A stretch of DNA of 64,000 nucleotides, from positions 26,040,001 to 26,104,000 of the forward strand of contig OX597822.1 in NCBI GenBank assembly GCA_951406725.2. The letters are read 5' to 3'. This document shows, in pieces, positions 31,271-44,284 of this stretch. A program made the position numbers and the translations under genes. The notes beneath the pieces were generated by a model. That model saw only the letters and a program-made list of their open reading frames with translations, was not told the origin of the DNA and made no database searches. Each line of letters opens with the position of its first letter. Position 1 is the first letter of the stretch. Source of the DNA: Octopus vulgaris (lineage: Eukaryota).

Positions 31271-32905
31271 TAGAGTGGCCTTTTCAATAGGTAATTTTCC
31301 GAAAGTAAAACTTTTGCTGCTCTCACTCCCTAATTCTGTTCCAATAAACAACAAAACGGGATGTGCAAAATCTCAGCTTAATCGGACAACTAGGTGACCC
31401 TCAAACGCCTTGAAGTTGGAACATAGTATGTGCAACGATTAATTCTGTTCAAAAGCGGTGTACTGTTCCCTTTCTCGACCATTTTCTTTTTCCTTCTTAG
31501 AGCAATTTATGTGGACACATCCGAGCAACCCCAACAGATTTTTAAAAACGTTCTGAATCAAATTTACCAATAGCTAATTTGAAAAATTCCTGAAATAAGA
31601 TGAAAGAATTAAGAAATATTAGGTTTTCTTAATAGAATACTAGGTTTTCTTAATAAAGGTTTTCTTAGTACCGCACTTTTATTTACAATAATTTCTATAG
31701 AATCAAAAACATAATGTGAACACTGAACACTGACTATTGAACGTTATTTTTGCTTAAGAGAAAATTTAGTAGCAGTTGTGTATGTTTTACGGTTTCCGGT
31801 AACGATCTGTAAAACAAATTGTTTCTCAGTTTAATCATTTGTGGGAATGTCATTGTAATCCTGAATGAGTTTGATACCTCTTTCTGCAACATCATTCACA
31901 ACAGCTGTCTTCTCAAGTTTTTAAAGTCCACTTTTGTAACTAGGATCATCCTTCCATGTTGAAGGGTCTTTGCTGAGGAAATCGATGGTGATAGAAAATC
32001 TCGTGAAGAAAGTTTTCGTTCCAAGAGTTACAAAAGACGAAAACTCGATGTTTATAAAGGAAAAAAAGTCATTTTGGTACAGAACGTACCTCTTCAGTTG
32101 ATTTTTTTCTTCTTCCTCTTCTTTACCTGTGTCTGTTTCCAGCATAACTTGAGCAATATTTACCTTCACCCCTGTTGGAACATTATCATTAAATATGGAT
32201 AGAGCTACAGTTTCGGGAGCTAAGTACCGGAGATGGTTGGAAAATGTTTTCGCAGCAGCCTTGCTGATTTCTGGATCAATATTCGGATAATTTATCAGTT
32301 GACGCATAAATAGGAAATCAGGATAAAGTGCATTAATTGCTTCTAATGACAGAAACCAGGCTCGAACATACACTCGAGCAAGAAAGAGTTCTTCTCGCCA
32401 GGAAATAACTGAAATTGATCTTGAAACAGGTATGCGTAAATTGCTTTTGATATCCACCTAGCATGACTTACAGCTCCTGGTATATGAAACGATATTCCGT
32501 TCTTCAGAATGCCACCAAGAAAGATCATGGTTAACTTCAACAATTCTCGGTGATCATTTCGCTGTTATTTCTGCGTAGAAAGGTGGTATTCAAGAAATCC
32601 AAGAATGGTAGAACGGACATCATCAGGCACTTCAATGCTACTAGTTATGTAAACCTTCTTGTTGAGTTATGTAAACCTTCTTGTTGAGTTTCGTCCTGGT
32701 TTCCCTAAATCTTTTGAAAAACGCCATGTCTGAACCAGAAGTTGCACCCATCAGTGAGTCAAAACAGCTCCTAAAAACTAACTTTAAAATGTGCAAGGGA
32801 AGTACAGTAGGTCGCGATTAAACAATTTTTCAAGATTTGTACAGGCACCATTTACTTGACCTGTGTTGCTTGCTGTCGTAACACAGCAAAGTGCCTGAAT
32901 TTTGT
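31271..32905 (-). mobile_element. Degenerate hAT-like (hATm-type) transposase, 3' part
   Basis: HARWISKAIY, LRYLAPETVAL, FLSKDPSTW and VVNDVAERGIKLIQDY motifs across frames; TAGAGTG terminus. Confidence 0.65.
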
Positions 32906-32919
32906 CAGTTATATATAGT

Positions 32920-33190
32920 TGGCTGTTTACCAAACTTGATATAGTTGCGCTCTCTGAATCTCGTCTCTCTGGTGAGGATCAAGTAAATGTACCTACATAT
33001 CTCTTGGAGAGGCCTACCTAAGGGTCAGCGTAAGAATCTGGTGTTGGGTTTGCTCTCAATAATACATTAGGACCCTCCATTTTAGATCTTCCAAGTGGTA
33101 TATCTGAACGGATCATGTCATGCCGTATTAAACTGACAAAAGTTAGGTTTCTTACCGTTGTCAGTATTTATGCATCAAAAATCCCCCACT
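32920..33190 (+). mobile_element. RTE-clade LINE APE fragment
   Basis: Translates to LDIVALSESRL..SGVGFAL..PSGISERIMSCRIKL..TVVSIYA. Confidence 0.75.
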
Positions 33191-33201
33191 CTGGTGGTAT
33201 A

Positions 33202-33502
33202 TCTTTATATATAAAAGTGAAGTTGTGTGGGTGTCTGTCTCCTACGATTTAGATTCCTAACTACTCCCACATTTTGCGGTGCAGTTTAACCAAAAGCGGG
33301 TATCTTATAGTCGTGATTCATATCGAGCCCTTCTGGGTATTAGCACGCGTCTACGATGAGTCTACGATTTAAAAAAAATTTACCATCATCTTTTCACATT
33401 TTTAATGCATTTTTTGCTATTATATAAGGGAAGTAACTCTCTAAAAATGCTTATATAGTTATTTCCCTTACAAACCTGAGCAACGCCGGGCGATACTGCT
33501 AG
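33202..33502 (+). mobile_element. Non-autonomous Helitron
   Basis: A|TC 5' end, subterminal GC-rich hairpin and CTAG|T 3' end; related copy at 63767. Confidence 0.8.
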
Positions 33503-33522
33503 TATAAATATACATACATACA

Positions 33523-33583
<61 letters not shown>

Positions 33584-36373
33584 AGATAGGGGTTGAAAAT
33601 TCAACCCACCATGGGATAACATATATCCAATATACTGCTAGAGAGGTACCCAACAAGACTAATACATAAATGTTAAAAATTGCCATGCAATTAATTCATC
33701 TACTGTATTATGTGGGCAAGGGTTAAAATATTACCGTAAATTAATAATACAAAATTAGAAAATGGAGAAACATACTTAAATCAATCAAACATCAACCATC
33801 AGATAATACCCAATTAATACTTTATTACACCATTACATAACAGCAAAGGCATTATACAAAATATATTGTAAATATAATTAGACAAGGAAATAGAAATATA
33901 TATATTATATTTTATATTTTATATTTCTATTTCCTTGTCTAATTATATTTACAATATATTTTGTATAATGCCTTTGCTGTTATGTAATGGTGTAATAAAG
34001 TATTGATTGGGTATTATCTGATGGTTGATTAATGAAATTGTGTTTAATAAAGCGCTTATTTTCGCAATGAATAAAGTGGGTATGTCACGGGAAGAAGTTA
34101 ATGTAATTAAAATGGCTAGGAAATCGCTAATTAAATATAAAAATAAATTATGGGCTAGGAATGATACTAGAGATTGTTTTGATATACCTATGGGAGCACC
34201 AGATTCTGCACAGGCTACTGATTTAGTAGGTATTTTTCTTTTATCTGAACTCCAATTAGAAAATCTTAAGATAGAGGGTGGCTTATATAGAGACGATCTT
34301 CTACTAGTTACAAAGAATTGTACTAATAGGAATCTAGAAGTATATAAGAAAAAACTATATAGTTTCTTTAAAAGATATGGTTTAAGTATTACTATATATA
34401 AGGAGAATTATAATGTTAATTATTTAGATGTTAATTTTAATCTTATTACTGGTAAAACACAACCATATCATAAACTTAATGAGAACCTTAGATATATAAA
34501 TGTTAATAGTAATCACCCATTTTCTATTAAAAAATCGTTGATTAATAATATAAGTAAACGTATTTCATTACTCTCTTATGATATAGAGATTTTTAATAAA
34601 CATGCTAATTATTATAATGATGCCCTTAGAGGGGCAGGTTATAATAGGAATATTAAATTTTATAATATTAGTGATAAAGATTTAAATGATAATTTTCGAG
34701 ATACTTCTAATAATAATTATAATTTTGTTAGGTTTAGTGGTAAAAATAATAGAAATATTATTTCCATAAAAATAATAAAAATGATAAAAATATAAATAAG
34801 AATAAGAATAATAATAATAAAAATAATAATAATAATAATACAAATAAGAATAATAAAAATAAAAATAAATTTAATAATTATTATAGGTGAAGAGCGCAAA
34901 ATAAAATGCAGACATAAGTTACTTTACCTATATAATAAGTTTCATGATAAATAGCATTAATAGTTCCCTATTAGGTTACTTTAGTTTAGTTTAATTTAGT
35001 TTAGATAATTATATTTATTTGGTTATGTAGTCTAGGCTTTAATTATAGTTAGTCTTTATTGATATTTCTTTGTTTTAATTAGTTCATTTTAATGTATATT
35101 AATATAACAGTTTATGGTACGTTAAAACTTTAATAATTTATATTAGATTTTTTTATTTTCTTTAATTATATATTTTTTTTTTTTTTTATTTTATTATGTA
35201 TTTTTATTATGCATTTGTTATATGTATATTGGAGGATATATTTATATGGATGATGGGTGTTATTTAGTGGTGTATATATTGAGTTTTGTATGTATGTGTG
35301 AATGTTTACGATCCCTTTGTTTTTTATTTGGTATGTTGAATTGACAGATTTTATTTGGGTATTGTCTGTTATAATAAAGTATACACACCCATAACAAATA
35401 CGAGTGCCAACCTCATTCGCGCGTACCTGGAATTACATATGAGCCTCAATATATGCACCAAGGGACCACTCCCGCCCCGCACGGACAAATAAACACATAC
35501 ATCCCTAAAAATGGGCGCAATCCCACTCACACCAATCATACATGTATACAATTACACACACAAGAACAATACATAACTAACCCAAATATACAGAACATAC
35601 CACAAATCACCAACAAACCACCATCACAAATGAAACCCACACCCATACAATGACAAAACTCCCCCCTCCATACCCAATTACACCCACATAGCAATCCCCA
35701 TATATTCATCCATACACAAACACACATACGCAAAACACACACACACAACACATACGTACAACCCCCCAAACACACTCATATACATACGTATCAAACTCGA
35801 CATCCACAGCAATACGCTCACACCCACTCACACCCAGGTGAACGAACTACACAACCAAAAAACGCACACACACACGTGTGCGTATTTTAATTGTGCAATT
35901 CACCCATCTGCATGAATGCGGGCGCGAACACACCGTTGCACATATAGAGCCCAACAAGCATGCACATGTACATGTGAGGGGGTACACGCACATGCCGTGC
36001 GCGTACACCCCCCGCACTTATACCCGTGCGCGAATATACATATGGAGACTACCACACAGGTACAAACGTGCATAGCAAAGGGAGCCCCATCACTATACTC
36101 AATGCATACTCTCACCCATCCGCACGGATGTGGAAGCGAATCACCGGTGCATATATTGAGGCTCATACGTAGCACTGTGGAAGCGTGCGTCATTGGAATT
36201 GTGAGTGGAATGAGTGGAATTGGGAATTGTAACCGGGTGGTAGGCTAGCGTTGCTTAGAGTTGGGAATGGAATGGTGTGGTAGAGTAGCAGACGTCGGGA
36301 GTAGACGTGGATTGCTATAAATTGTTTATTAGAACTACCAAGATAAGCTAAGACTCATAAATACATATAATAA

Positions 36374-38540
36374 TTTATCATGGTAGTTTTATTAAAGAAT
36401 CCATTCATAATTTTTTTGAGTAGTGTTGGTTTGCCGCGTGAATATAGTTTTTAGTTCCATTTATTCTATTTCTCCATTCATAATTTTAAGTGACGTTTGC
36501 TTCCATAGCGCGTATTCTTTTTATACATAAGTTATGTTCCTATGGTAACGTAATTTTTGGTTTGATTTTTTTAACGGCTTAGAATTTAATTTCACTTCAT
36601 AATTTGAAACTGACTTGTAAGTATGTATATTATTTCTCCTTATGTCATATTGTTATTTTTGATATTCTGGTTAATTACGATGTATTTTATATATCGTTTT
36701 ATGTGTAATAATGTTGTTTTTCTTTGGAGTGTTTATGTATGTGAGATTGTGTGTGAGTGTGTGCGTATTTTAGTTGTATAATTTATTTATCTGTATGAGT
36801 GTGGGTGTGTAAATATTGTTGTATATATCGAGTTTAGTGAGTATGTATATGCGTATATGTGAGGGAGTATATGTATATGTTGTGTGTGTGTGTTTTACTA
36901 TGTATATTTGTGTGTGAATGTGTATATGGGTTTGTTATATAGGTATGGGGATGTATGTGTTAATTTATCTGTGTGGGGAGGGAGTGGGTTTTTGGTGTAT
37001 ATTGAGGTTTATACGTTAGTATAGGTATGTGTGAGTGAGGTGGGTATTTGTATAAGTCGTGGGTCTGTGGTTTACGTGTGTGTATTTGTGTGTGAATGTT
37101 TAGGTTAGGGGGATTGCTATATAGGTTTGTTATAGAGTTTAGCAAAGGGAGATTTTATCATTATATGTTTTTGTGAGTTTTGGTTTGTCATGGTGGTTTT
37201 ATTAGGGAATTCGTGGTAGTTTGTCTATTTACGATGTTTGTTGTTTTATTGCATTGTTTCATTCATAATTTTTGAGTGGTGTTCGTTTTACCACGTGAAT
37301 ATTATTTTTAATTCCATTTGTTCCATTTCTCCATTCATAATTTTAAAAGATGTTCGTTTACAGAGCGGGAATACTTTTTATACATATGTTAGGTTCCTTG
37401 GTAACGTAATTTTGTTTGGTGTATATGTTGAGGCTTATGTGTACTTGTGGGTGGGTGTGGGTGGGGTGGGTGTTTGTATTTGTTATGGGTGTGTGGTTTA
37501 CGTGTGTGTATTTGTGTGTGAATGTATAGGTTAAAGGGATTGCTATATAAGTATGTTATAGGGTTTAGTAAAGGGAGGTTTTATCATTTATGTTTTTATG
37601 AGTTTTAATTTATCATGGTAGTTTTATTAAAGAATCCATTCATAATTTTTTTAAATAATGTTAGTTTACCGCGTGAATATAATTTTTAATTCCATTTATT
37701 CTATTTCTCCATTCATAATTTTAAATATACATAAGTTATGTTCCTATGGTAACGTAATTTTGGTTTGATGTTTTTAACGGCTTAGAATTTAATTTCACTT
37801 CATAATTTGAAACTGACTTGAAAGTATGTATATTATTTCTCCTTATGTCATATTGTTATTTTTGATATTCTAGTTACTTACGATGTATTTTATATATCGT
37901 ATTATGTGTAATAATGTTGTTTTTCTTTGGAGTGTTTATGTATGTGGGATTGTGTGTGAGTGTGTGCGTATTTTGGTTGTGTGGTTTGTTTATCTGTATG
38001 AGTGTGGGTGTGTTAATATTGTTGTGTATGTCGAGTTTGGTGAGTATGTATATGTATATGGTGTGTGTTTTACGTATGTATATTTGTGTGTGAATGTGTT
38101 TATGGGTTTGCTATATAGGTTGGGGATGTATGTGTTTATTTGTCTGTGTGGGGTTGAGTGGGTTTTTGGAGTATATGTTGAGGTTTATATGTATGTATAG
38201 GTATGTGTGAGTGAGGTGGGTATTTGTATATGTCGTGGGTGTGTGGTTTACGTGTGTGTATTTGTGTGTGAATGTTTAGGTTAGGGGGATTGCTATATAG
38301 GTATGTTATAGAGTTTAGTAAAGGGAGATTTTATCATTATATGTTTTTATGAGTTTTGGTTTGTCATGGTGGTTTTGTTAGGGATTCGTAGTAATTTGTC
38401 TATTTGCGATGTCTGTTATTTTATTGCATTATTTCATTCATAATTTTAAGTAATGTTTTACCAAGTGAATATAATTTTTAATCCCATTTATTCCATTTCT
38501 CCATTCATAGTTTTAAATGATGTCCGTTTCTAGAGTGGGA
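36374..38540 (+). repeat. ~1-kb direct duplication (36374-37370 vs 37609-38540)
   Basis: Shared anchors ttatcatggtagttttattaaagaatcc and aacggcttagaatttaatttcac, offset by ~1.2 kb. Confidence 0.85.
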
Positions 38541-38940
38541 ATGTGGGTTGTATGTGTGTGTGAGGGAGTATGAATAAGTATTGTGTTGAAGTATTTGGCT
38601 ATTTTATTTATTTATCGTTGCCTAGACGTTTTTATGTGTATGTATAGGGATATATATATAGGTGTGTGATTTAGTGTATGTATTTAGATATGGTTATATA
38701 TAATTAGTTATATGTGTATGGGTGTATATATAGTTTATTTTTGTTTTGTTTTATATTTTATATTTTATATTTAATTGTTGATAGGTTTATTTTAGTTTAT
38801 ATATTGTTTATATATTGATTATATATGGATTATATATAGGTTATATATAGATTATATATTTATATTTTTTCATTAATACTTTAATTATTTTAAAATTATT
38901 ATTTTTATATTTTAAAATATTGATATTTTAGATTGGAAAT

Positions 38941-38983
38941 CCACCTGAAGATTGTCGATCACGACAAGAAACAATTGTAGTGG
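38941..38983 (+). ncRNA. Canonical minimal type I hammerhead ribozyme
   Basis: ccac-CTGAAGA-ttgtcg-atca-cgacaa-GAAAC-aatt-GTA-gtgg. Confidence 0.92.
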
Positions 38984-39179
38984 CGGTTTTTTTTACTTTT
39001 TATTAAAATTTTATGTATTGATTAAGTCTTTCCTTGTTTGTTTTGCAAAATAGTGGTTTTGTCTCTAATAATATTATATAATATTTTACTATAAAATTGG
39101 ATTTAATCCTAAATCTGATTTTTTCCCTGTAAATTTGGATTTATTCCCTAATATTTATTATATATATATATATATATAT

Positions 39180-40823
39180 TCAAAATAAACAACAAAGATA
39201 TCCAAGGTAGTGTAGTACAATCGTTTCATGCTACTTCATTTTATTAAACACTGGAAGTATTACATCAGTTTTAGAATGTCGAGCAATCTTCAGCCACATA
39301 TAGAATTTTTCAACTAAACTGACAATGCACATTCTTATATATTTGCCAACATCACAAAGAGGGTAAATATATAGACAGAGAAGTTAATTTTATCATTAAG
39401 AACATGATGGTAGTATGTTCGTTCTCCGTCTGTAGATTTTACCACTAAGTTCACTTTGTTATTTAGATCTATCAGTGGGGAGGGGTTTTTTTTTAATTCT
39501 TGGTTGAATGGAGACAAGCAAGAATTTTTTTCTATTTATAGATAGAGGAAGGGGTAGTACAAATGTCAAAACCATAAATCCATCCTTATTTTGGGGAATT
39601 TAGTTTAGATATATTTGAATGTATTATAGCAAATAGCTAGTAGGCTTAAGTTAGTGGGGTAGGGAGAATAGAGACTACTAATGCTTTAGATGTTTTCAAT
39701 GTCCCTTACCATTTAACAGCCAAATTCTATATTATGAATTTTAAGAAAAAATCCTTTAGATAATTTTCCAAAGGATTTCAATAAATATTAGTAACTTATA
39801 TAAGGATAGAAAATATAGAAATTATTTCATATTTATGTAAGTATATATATATCCAATTCTATTAATATAGAATCATAATTAGTTAGTAAATAGTGATTTA
39901 TTTTATTAATGTGTTGAATTAAAAGAATATGCTAGACATAATATTTACTAACTGTGGAAAAAATACCTTATCAATTTAGCATATATATCAGGAGTCAATA
40001 AGATATATTAAAAATAATGGAAGGGAGGTAATCAAGATAAAACAAATAATTTCTCTAGATATAAAGAATTATTTTGCAATCCCATATAGGAGAGTATCCA
40101 TGAATTCTAAATTCACTATATTCAAATTTATATAATGAAATTTCTTAGTAATCTATGTAGGTTAAATAGAGGCTAATATGGTATATTAATTCCTTATTTG
40201 GTTACAAAATATCAAGATTTGAAAATTTAGAAGTGGTCGGAATGTTATTTAAAATACTTAAAAGTACAGGTGGCACAATGTATACAGGATCCTCCTAGTT
40301 CAGAATGGTTATTCAATAAGTTTGTATTATTCCTGTTTCAAAATTTCATATGTCTTTATAGAACAAAGTTCGCATCCATCCCTACTATTTTTATAAGGCT
40401 GTGCCTTTCTTATTATATCCCATTTTAAGTTAAATTCGATATTTTTTCTTTCAGTTCCCAAATCTTACTGGACGGCGTTGTGCAACCCGCCTTATGTTTA
40501 AGTCTAAAAGAAGAAAAATGGTTGTTCAAACGTTTCTTAGGTCTATCGAACATCCGAAATAAAGATAGCTATTATTTAAAGTCATTATAGTACCTTTATA
40601 AATTACATTTTGAACCAGACAACGACCAGATACCGGACATGTTGATCTAATTCTACAATTACAACTGGGGGGGGGGGATAATTCCTGATATTAGTATTAT
40701 TTAGGAACAAGCTGTTTTCATTTTCATTATTAGAGCTATTAGTAGCATTAGTGTTATTTCTTCTATCTATAATTATATTGCTATGTAAATTAGGTTTATT
40801 TGTTACTAATCTTTTCCTAATTT

Positions 40824-40826
<3 letters not shown>
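39180..40826 (-). mobile_element. Naiad-like PLE 3' part (degenerate GIY-YIG ~40290-40667 plus pLTR)
   Basis: Minus-strand translation SCNCRIRSTCPVSGRCLVQNVIYKG..YFG..KWDIIRKAQPY..CELC; TA on both sides. Confidence 0.8.
39211..39298 (-). ncRNA. Type I hammerhead ribozyme, long stem II
   Basis: Minus strand: tgtgg-CTGAAGA-ttgct..agcat-GAAAC-gatt-GTA-ctaca. Confidence 0.75.
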
Positions 40827-40860
<34 letters not shown>

Positions 40861-41002
40861 ATCTCTGAGCGAGGTATAAACAGTAGCTGCACGACATCGT
40901 GAAGTATATTTCCCACTTAAATGTGGCTAAACCTTAAGGGTGGATGCCCTATTAGTATTTGCAAAGGGAAGCCATCCTTCTCATCTGCAACCTGACGTTA
41001 TA

Positions 41003-41046
41003 CACACGGACCGAGTTTCTGGATATTGACCCGTCATCAGCGTGTG
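41003..41046 (-). ncRNA. Type I hammerhead ribozyme
   Basis: Minus strand: cacacg-CTGATGA-cgggt-caat-atcca-GAAAC-tcg-GTC-cgtgtg. Confidence 0.85.
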
Positions 41047-41264
41047 ACAATCACCGGTGGTTGATGTGACGAGGTTCCAAATGAATATATATATATATCC
41101 TTTTTCCAGTGACTTTCATGAGTTTGTATGTGTGCGTGTGTGTATGCGTGTGTGTGCTTGTTTGTCCGTATTACCTATGTACCTATCTATCTGTTTAGCC
41201 ACATTTACCCTTTTTCGAGATCAGTGACTTTTCGTCACTGGAAAAAGGATATATATGCCAAGTT

Positions 41265-42170
41265 GAAGAATGTTACAGAGTTGAAATATGCAAATTATAT
41301 TAAATTGTACCTTGAGATAAAAGAAATAGGTCCTATACACTATAGATCTTTCCTCCAATTAAATCTAGCATTGAATTTCCAACTGCATTGGATTTCCAAG
41401 TGCATCACCATGTAATACGAGAGAAAAAACCCAGCTTTTACAAGCTCCCTCAACAGTACCAATCCTAACAAGTATGTTAGTGAACGTGAGATGGGTGCTA
41501 TTATCAACAACAATCTGCATTGGACAAACTACGTCTAAGATAGTCAAGAAAGCTGAGAGTGTCTCAGCATCACTCTACAGCTATCTATTTAAAGCTGCAT
41601 ATATCTATGGTACGTCAACACTTAGAGTTTGCATCACCAGTTTAGAATTTTTATCTTGCTCGGCACATAAGTCTCCTGAAAACTGTTCAGAAACGTGCAA
41701 ACAGACGAATATCTGCCGTACACTGAACATCTTGCTTCCGTGAACATGGACACATTAAAGTTCCGACATCGGGCAACTGACTTGCTAGATACCTACAAGA
41801 TTATTCATTATCTTTCCAACAACGTTTGGCATTCCAGAAGTCTAACACTTGTGGACATGCTTACAGAACACAGCACCGATTATTTTCAGAAACATTTTTT
41901 TTACGCTCACAATTGTAGAAGCATGGAATAAATTACCTTCATCTCTTATCGGCTGTCAAGTCACTACGTCCTTCAAAACTTCTATTCTTCTTGAAGTTCG
42001 CTTACAGTACACCTGACGCCCCTTACACCTGTTTCTGCTTCTTCCTTTTTTTCTAAAAGACTCTTACGGTGTTCACTTACTGTGCATATTCTATGTACGA
42101 TTCATACAGTTTTGAATACTTTTTCTGATGAGTTGTAGTGTACCTGAGCACTATATAAAGTTCATCATTA
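41265..42170 (+). mobile_element. Old degenerate CR1/L2-like LINE 3' fragment
   Basis: Eroded ER.MG.II.NNLHW and DLLDTYKIIH motifs and a WN.LP-like end. Confidence 0.55.
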
Positions 42171-42184
42171 TATAAATATGTATG

Positions 42185-42219
<35 letters not shown>

Positions 42220-42292
42220 ATGTGCGTGTGTGTGTGTGTGTGCGTGCGTGTAAGTATATATATGTATATGTATATATATATGTATATATATT

Positions 42293-42362
<70 letters not shown>

Positions 42363-42521
42363 CATATATATATATATGTATGTATATAATGAAGAAATAA
42401 GTGATATAGATATCCACTTTATACAACTCAACCAATTAGCGCTCTGATAGAGCTTCAGGAATATAAAATTAAGGAGGAGAGAAAACGCCATTTCTTCTAA
42501 AGCTTTAACCTTATGATTCTA

Positions 42522-42613
42522 TTAACTCTGATGAGAGAAATATAGAGTATTGCGATGGTTGGATTTAGCTCGCCCATAGCATCCTATATGTTTTCGAAAC
42601 GGCCGTAAGACTT
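42522..42613 (+). ncRNA. Hammerhead ribozyme, long stem II, eroded stem I
   Basis: CTGATGA-gagaa..ttttc-GAAAC-ggcc-GTA. Confidence 0.7.
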
Positions 42614-43342
42614 TATACATAGATTTTATGCATGTTCCAGATTTCTTATGAATCATTTTATATTCACTTTATCATCCTCTTCATTGATTGAAATTTGAAC
42701 ATTCGGACTTCGCAAGTACATTTATGGACTTATATTTTAATATATTTATATCTATGAATTTTTATGTGTTTATAATTTTTTATATGTCTATGAAATCTTA
42801 TATATCATACAGATGAATGCATCTATATATGTATTTATACCATGCAGAATTTCGTTAATATGGATTGAATGAATATATACATCGACCTTTGAATTTGTTT
42901 TCTCTCCTCCTTAATTATATATATATTTATATTTATATTTATATTTATATATATATATAATGTACATACATATGTGTGTGCGTTTATATTTGTTCCCCTT
43001 CACACACCACTTGGCGATTAGTTTTTGTACATTATCTTAGAAATTCATCAAAAGAGAACGATAAAGTAAGTACCAAACTTTTAACAAGTACAGTTACTGA
43101 TTTGTTAGACAATACTCAACAAGAAAGTACTCTTAGCATGACCGCAGTGCGACGATTGAAAGATGCAAAATATGAAAAATAAAAGAAGAAAACAGTGTTT
43201 TTCAGATGAAGTCACTTATAAATTTGTTCAGCATCATATACATAAAATATTGCCTTATTATTTTCACCATCAGAAGGACAATGAATTTGTGACTGTTCGG
43301 TCTGTAAGCAACAGTACAGCTGTTCACAATCTGCAATTGTAA

Positions 43343-43855
43343 CTATTGTCACTATTATAACAGAAATACGAGGTCTGATCAATAAGTATCCAGGCTGTTG
43401 TCATAGTATCGAGCTAAAGTAGGCAGAGTAAAGCCGCTTGGCACAGACATTGAACGCAGCTGTGCAAAAACTTGTCGATATTGACGAACGTTCTGCACTA
43501 TGTAGTGGAAGTAAGCTAGAACGTCAAATCGTAGTACATATGTACAACAGAGTTCATGGTCTGATGAATAAGTATCTGGAATGTTGCTATAGTAACAAAG
43601 CTAAAGTACGTAGAGTAAATCCGCTTGGCACAGATCGATCTTGAATTCTGCTGTACATATGCACTACGATTTAACGTTCTAGCTTACTTTCACTACATAG
43701 TGCAGAACGTTTGTCAATATCGACAAGTTTTTGCACAGCTGCGTTCAATGTCTGTGCCAAGCGGCTTTACTCTGCCTACTTTAGCTCGATACTATGACAA
43801 CAGTCTGGATACTTATTGATCAGACCTCGTATTTCTGTTACAATAGTGACAATAG
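43343..43855. mobile_element. Mariner-derived palindrome (TA|CGAGGTCTGATCAATAAGTATCC termini)
   Basis: ~215-bp inverted arms; a third TIR-like copy lies in the spacer. Confidence 0.8.
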
Positions 43856-43948
43856 CTACAATAGTGAATTCTTTCATCCTGTAGCTCTGCTGGTATATTT
43901 GAGAAAAATTATATTAATATATCTTGTCTGTTGAAAATCCACATTTTT

Positions 43949-44030
43949 TGCAACTAAAGATGGCAATTTAAATTGATGTAATGCCTGCATTGTTCGATTA
44001 AATGGAACCGCCTGAAACGGTCGTATTGCA
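43949..44030 (+). ncRNA. Degenerate hammerhead (G5A core change)
   Basis: tgcaa-CTAAAGA-tggc..gcct-GAAAC-ggtc-GTA-ttgca. Confidence 0.6.
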
Positions 44031-44059
44031 TTAATACCTGAAATCCTGTTACTTATTTG

Positions 44060-44104
<45 letters not shown>

Positions 44105-44206
44105 TCAGCGTGAGTACTTGATAATTGTAAGCACCTGTATATACCATTTAGTGGTGTAGGTGGTGGAGTAAATTAATCAAAATAAAAACATGATGCCAAG
44201 AATTCA

Positions 44207-44284
44207 GCGGTACATATCTTTCGGGCCTTTATTAGACGGATTTATAACAATGCATAATGTGTGTCTATGGCCTTCTTCAGCCGC
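44207..44284 (-). ncRNA. Hammerhead ribozyme (inverted pLTR copy)
   Basis: Reverse complement of 47230-47307. Confidence 0.75.

Larger units (their letters stand above)
33580..39160 (+). mobile_element. Naiad-like PLE: inverted 5' segment, RT fragment (34025-34795), long GT-rich region and hammerhead-bearing pLTR
   Basis: FDIPMGAPDSAQATDLVG, GLYRDD, NYLDV and SNHP motifs; 5' palindrome 33791-34029; hammerhead at 38941; TA flanks. That this is one element is an inference. Confidence 0.65.
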
